From the NCBI GenBank assembly GCA_002419145.1, contig DIFN01000035.1:1-57933 (forward strand): DNA of 57,933 nt, read 5' to 3'. The DNA is from Mageeibacillus sp. UBA5747 (lineage in GTDB: Bacteria; Bacillota; Clostridia; Saccharofermentanales; UBA5734). A program made the translations under genes and the position numbers. Every line of letters starts with the position of its first letter. Position 1 is the first letter of the stretch. Positions 56,476-57,933 of the stretch are shown here, in pieces. The notes beneath the pieces are model-generated. The model was not told the DNA's origin and made no database searches. It saw only the letters and a list, made by a program, of their open reading frames with translations.

Positions 56476-57895
56476 CTACATTTTCATACTCGCCAAATAC
56501 TCGAACATCATTCCGCCATCAGCGGAAATAGACTGAGCAAACGCTTTTACAGCCAAGGGCGACGCTTCTCTGTCAAAAACAAACTCCATTTTGGTGTTAT
56601 CTTGATCGAACGAGGCAACACCCGTTTGGCTGTCATAATTTAGTTCTATAGCTGAATCTTCATACCCGACACGGTAAAAGGTTGCTTTTGCTCCATTCAC
56701 TTTAATCACAAAAGCAAACGGCTTCGGCTCCTGTGTCTCCAGAATATTTCCGTCAGCATCCAAGCTTGACACTTGTGACGTACCCTCATACGTTCCGCTC
56801 ACATCAACAGCTGCGTCGGAATCGTTTTCCTCGGTTGTCTGAGCATCATCGGCATTCTGACCTTGAGAAGTGTCGGTCACCCCCGAAATTGTCACTGCCA
56901 TTTGAGAAACCAGCGCATCAAGTATTGCCATCGAATCCACAGGGTCAATCTCATAACCACTTAATAGTTTGGCAATCGATTTGTTGTTTCCAGGTGCAGA
57001 AAAAACCGCTGCCTTCAACACCGCTTCTAGCGAAGCTACGACTTGTCCTGCGGTCTCCATGACCTGAGCGCTGATCGTTTTACCGTTCTTCTCATGGACC
57101 ACTTTTATACCAAGAATCTTTCCCTTGTAAAACAGGTCTGCCAGTGAGTCACCAATATATGAGAGCTGTTCACCGGTTTTTTCCGTCACGGATCCCAATT
57201 TTGCAGGCTCGAAGGTAAGAAGGCCAGTCACAGCAGTTACTGGGGCCAGCTTATCCTTAACATCGTTTAATCCTACCGTTACCTGATGATTTTCTCCCAG
57301 AATGATGGTACTGCCCGTGGTAGCAACATCCACTATGCAGTCAGCGCCGCCTACAACGACAACACCTGCCTCACCCAGTGTTGAGACACTTGTAGATAGT
57401 GCTGACAAGCTGACCCCACCGCTGACAATCGTTGTGGTTACAAACAGCCCCTCTTTACTGGTTGTCTTAATTCCTTGCAGGTAGTTTATTTTCTCTGTCC
57501 AGGCATTGACAACAGCTTCCGCTTCCTCGAGTTCCGCCGCGTCATGGATGATTTTTTGTGCCAAGGCCATCTGTGCGCAGACTGTCTTCGTATCAGTCCC
57601 CAGTTGCTCTGCGAGTTGCTTGTATTTCTGCGCGCCCTTGATCGCATCAAATTGTTTTGTGAGGCTCTCCGCCCAAGTCTGGGGGGTCAAGTTTCCTTTC
57701 ACTCCCGGTTGCAAGTGTCATCGTGGAAAAGCCACCCGGCTTTGTCTCAAGGGTCATCAAGGTTGAACCAGATTGTTTCAGAACAACCGTCTGCTTCACC
57801 GAAGGAGCATCAAGCGCTGTTAATGCTTGATCTGAAACTTGCACCGCACCTAGAGCCAGTAAATTTGCTGTTTCCCAGACTTGATTGATTTCCAT
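56476..57895 (-). pseudogene. Hypothetical protein split by an apparent frameshift at a C6 run
   Basis: ORFs 57647-57895 and 56476-57714 overlap out of frame. Removing one C from the run at 57681-57686 fuses them into 472 aa (..ERKLD|PQTWAES..). Lower GC than the rest of the window. Confidence 0.6.
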
Positions 57896-57933
57896 AAACC
57901 AATAATATACAAGTCAAGTCCTAAAAGTTGGTG

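Noticed and set aside
1-57933. Search for tRNA/rRNA genes, CRISPR arrays, transposases, integrases and toxin-antitoxin or defence genes
   Set aside because: None were recognisable by eye; intergenic gaps are short and explained by promoters, leaders or terminators. tRNAscan-SE, cmscan and ISEScan would confirm.

Overview
GC-rich (mostly 55-60%) Firmicutes/Clostridia-type chromosomal window with almost all genes on the minus strand. In transcription order (right to left) it holds: a frameshifted, lower-GC hypothetical gene; a promoter and structured ~160-nt leader with an internal terminator, followed by a SAM methyltransferase, a 41-aa methyltransferase-like remnant and an Opp/Nik-family ABC importer; class III fbp; dgkA, mscS and a zinc-ribbon membrane protein; a membrane-tethered GH18 glycosidase; the Ech [NiFe]-hydrogenase operon (echABCDEF-hypABFCDE) with a Rex-type operator; and a ~32-kb flagellar/chemotaxis cluster (flgB to fliA, flhO/P-flgMNKL-fliW-csrA, fliC-fliDST-cheY-cheA-MCP). 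The strongest signals outside the ORF track are regulatory. (1) A perfect sigma-A promoter, a c-di-GMP-I riboswitch and a terminator lie in front of flgB. (2) Two sigma-28 promoters share a 15/16-identical motif. (3) The flagellin leader has CsrA-type GGA hairpins. (4) An attenuator-like leader, which I could not match to a known riboswitch class, precedes the methyltransferase/ABC operon and is the best candidate for something undescribed. I saw no CRISPR array, tRNA/rRNA or transposase. All calls are by eye and no database searches were run.
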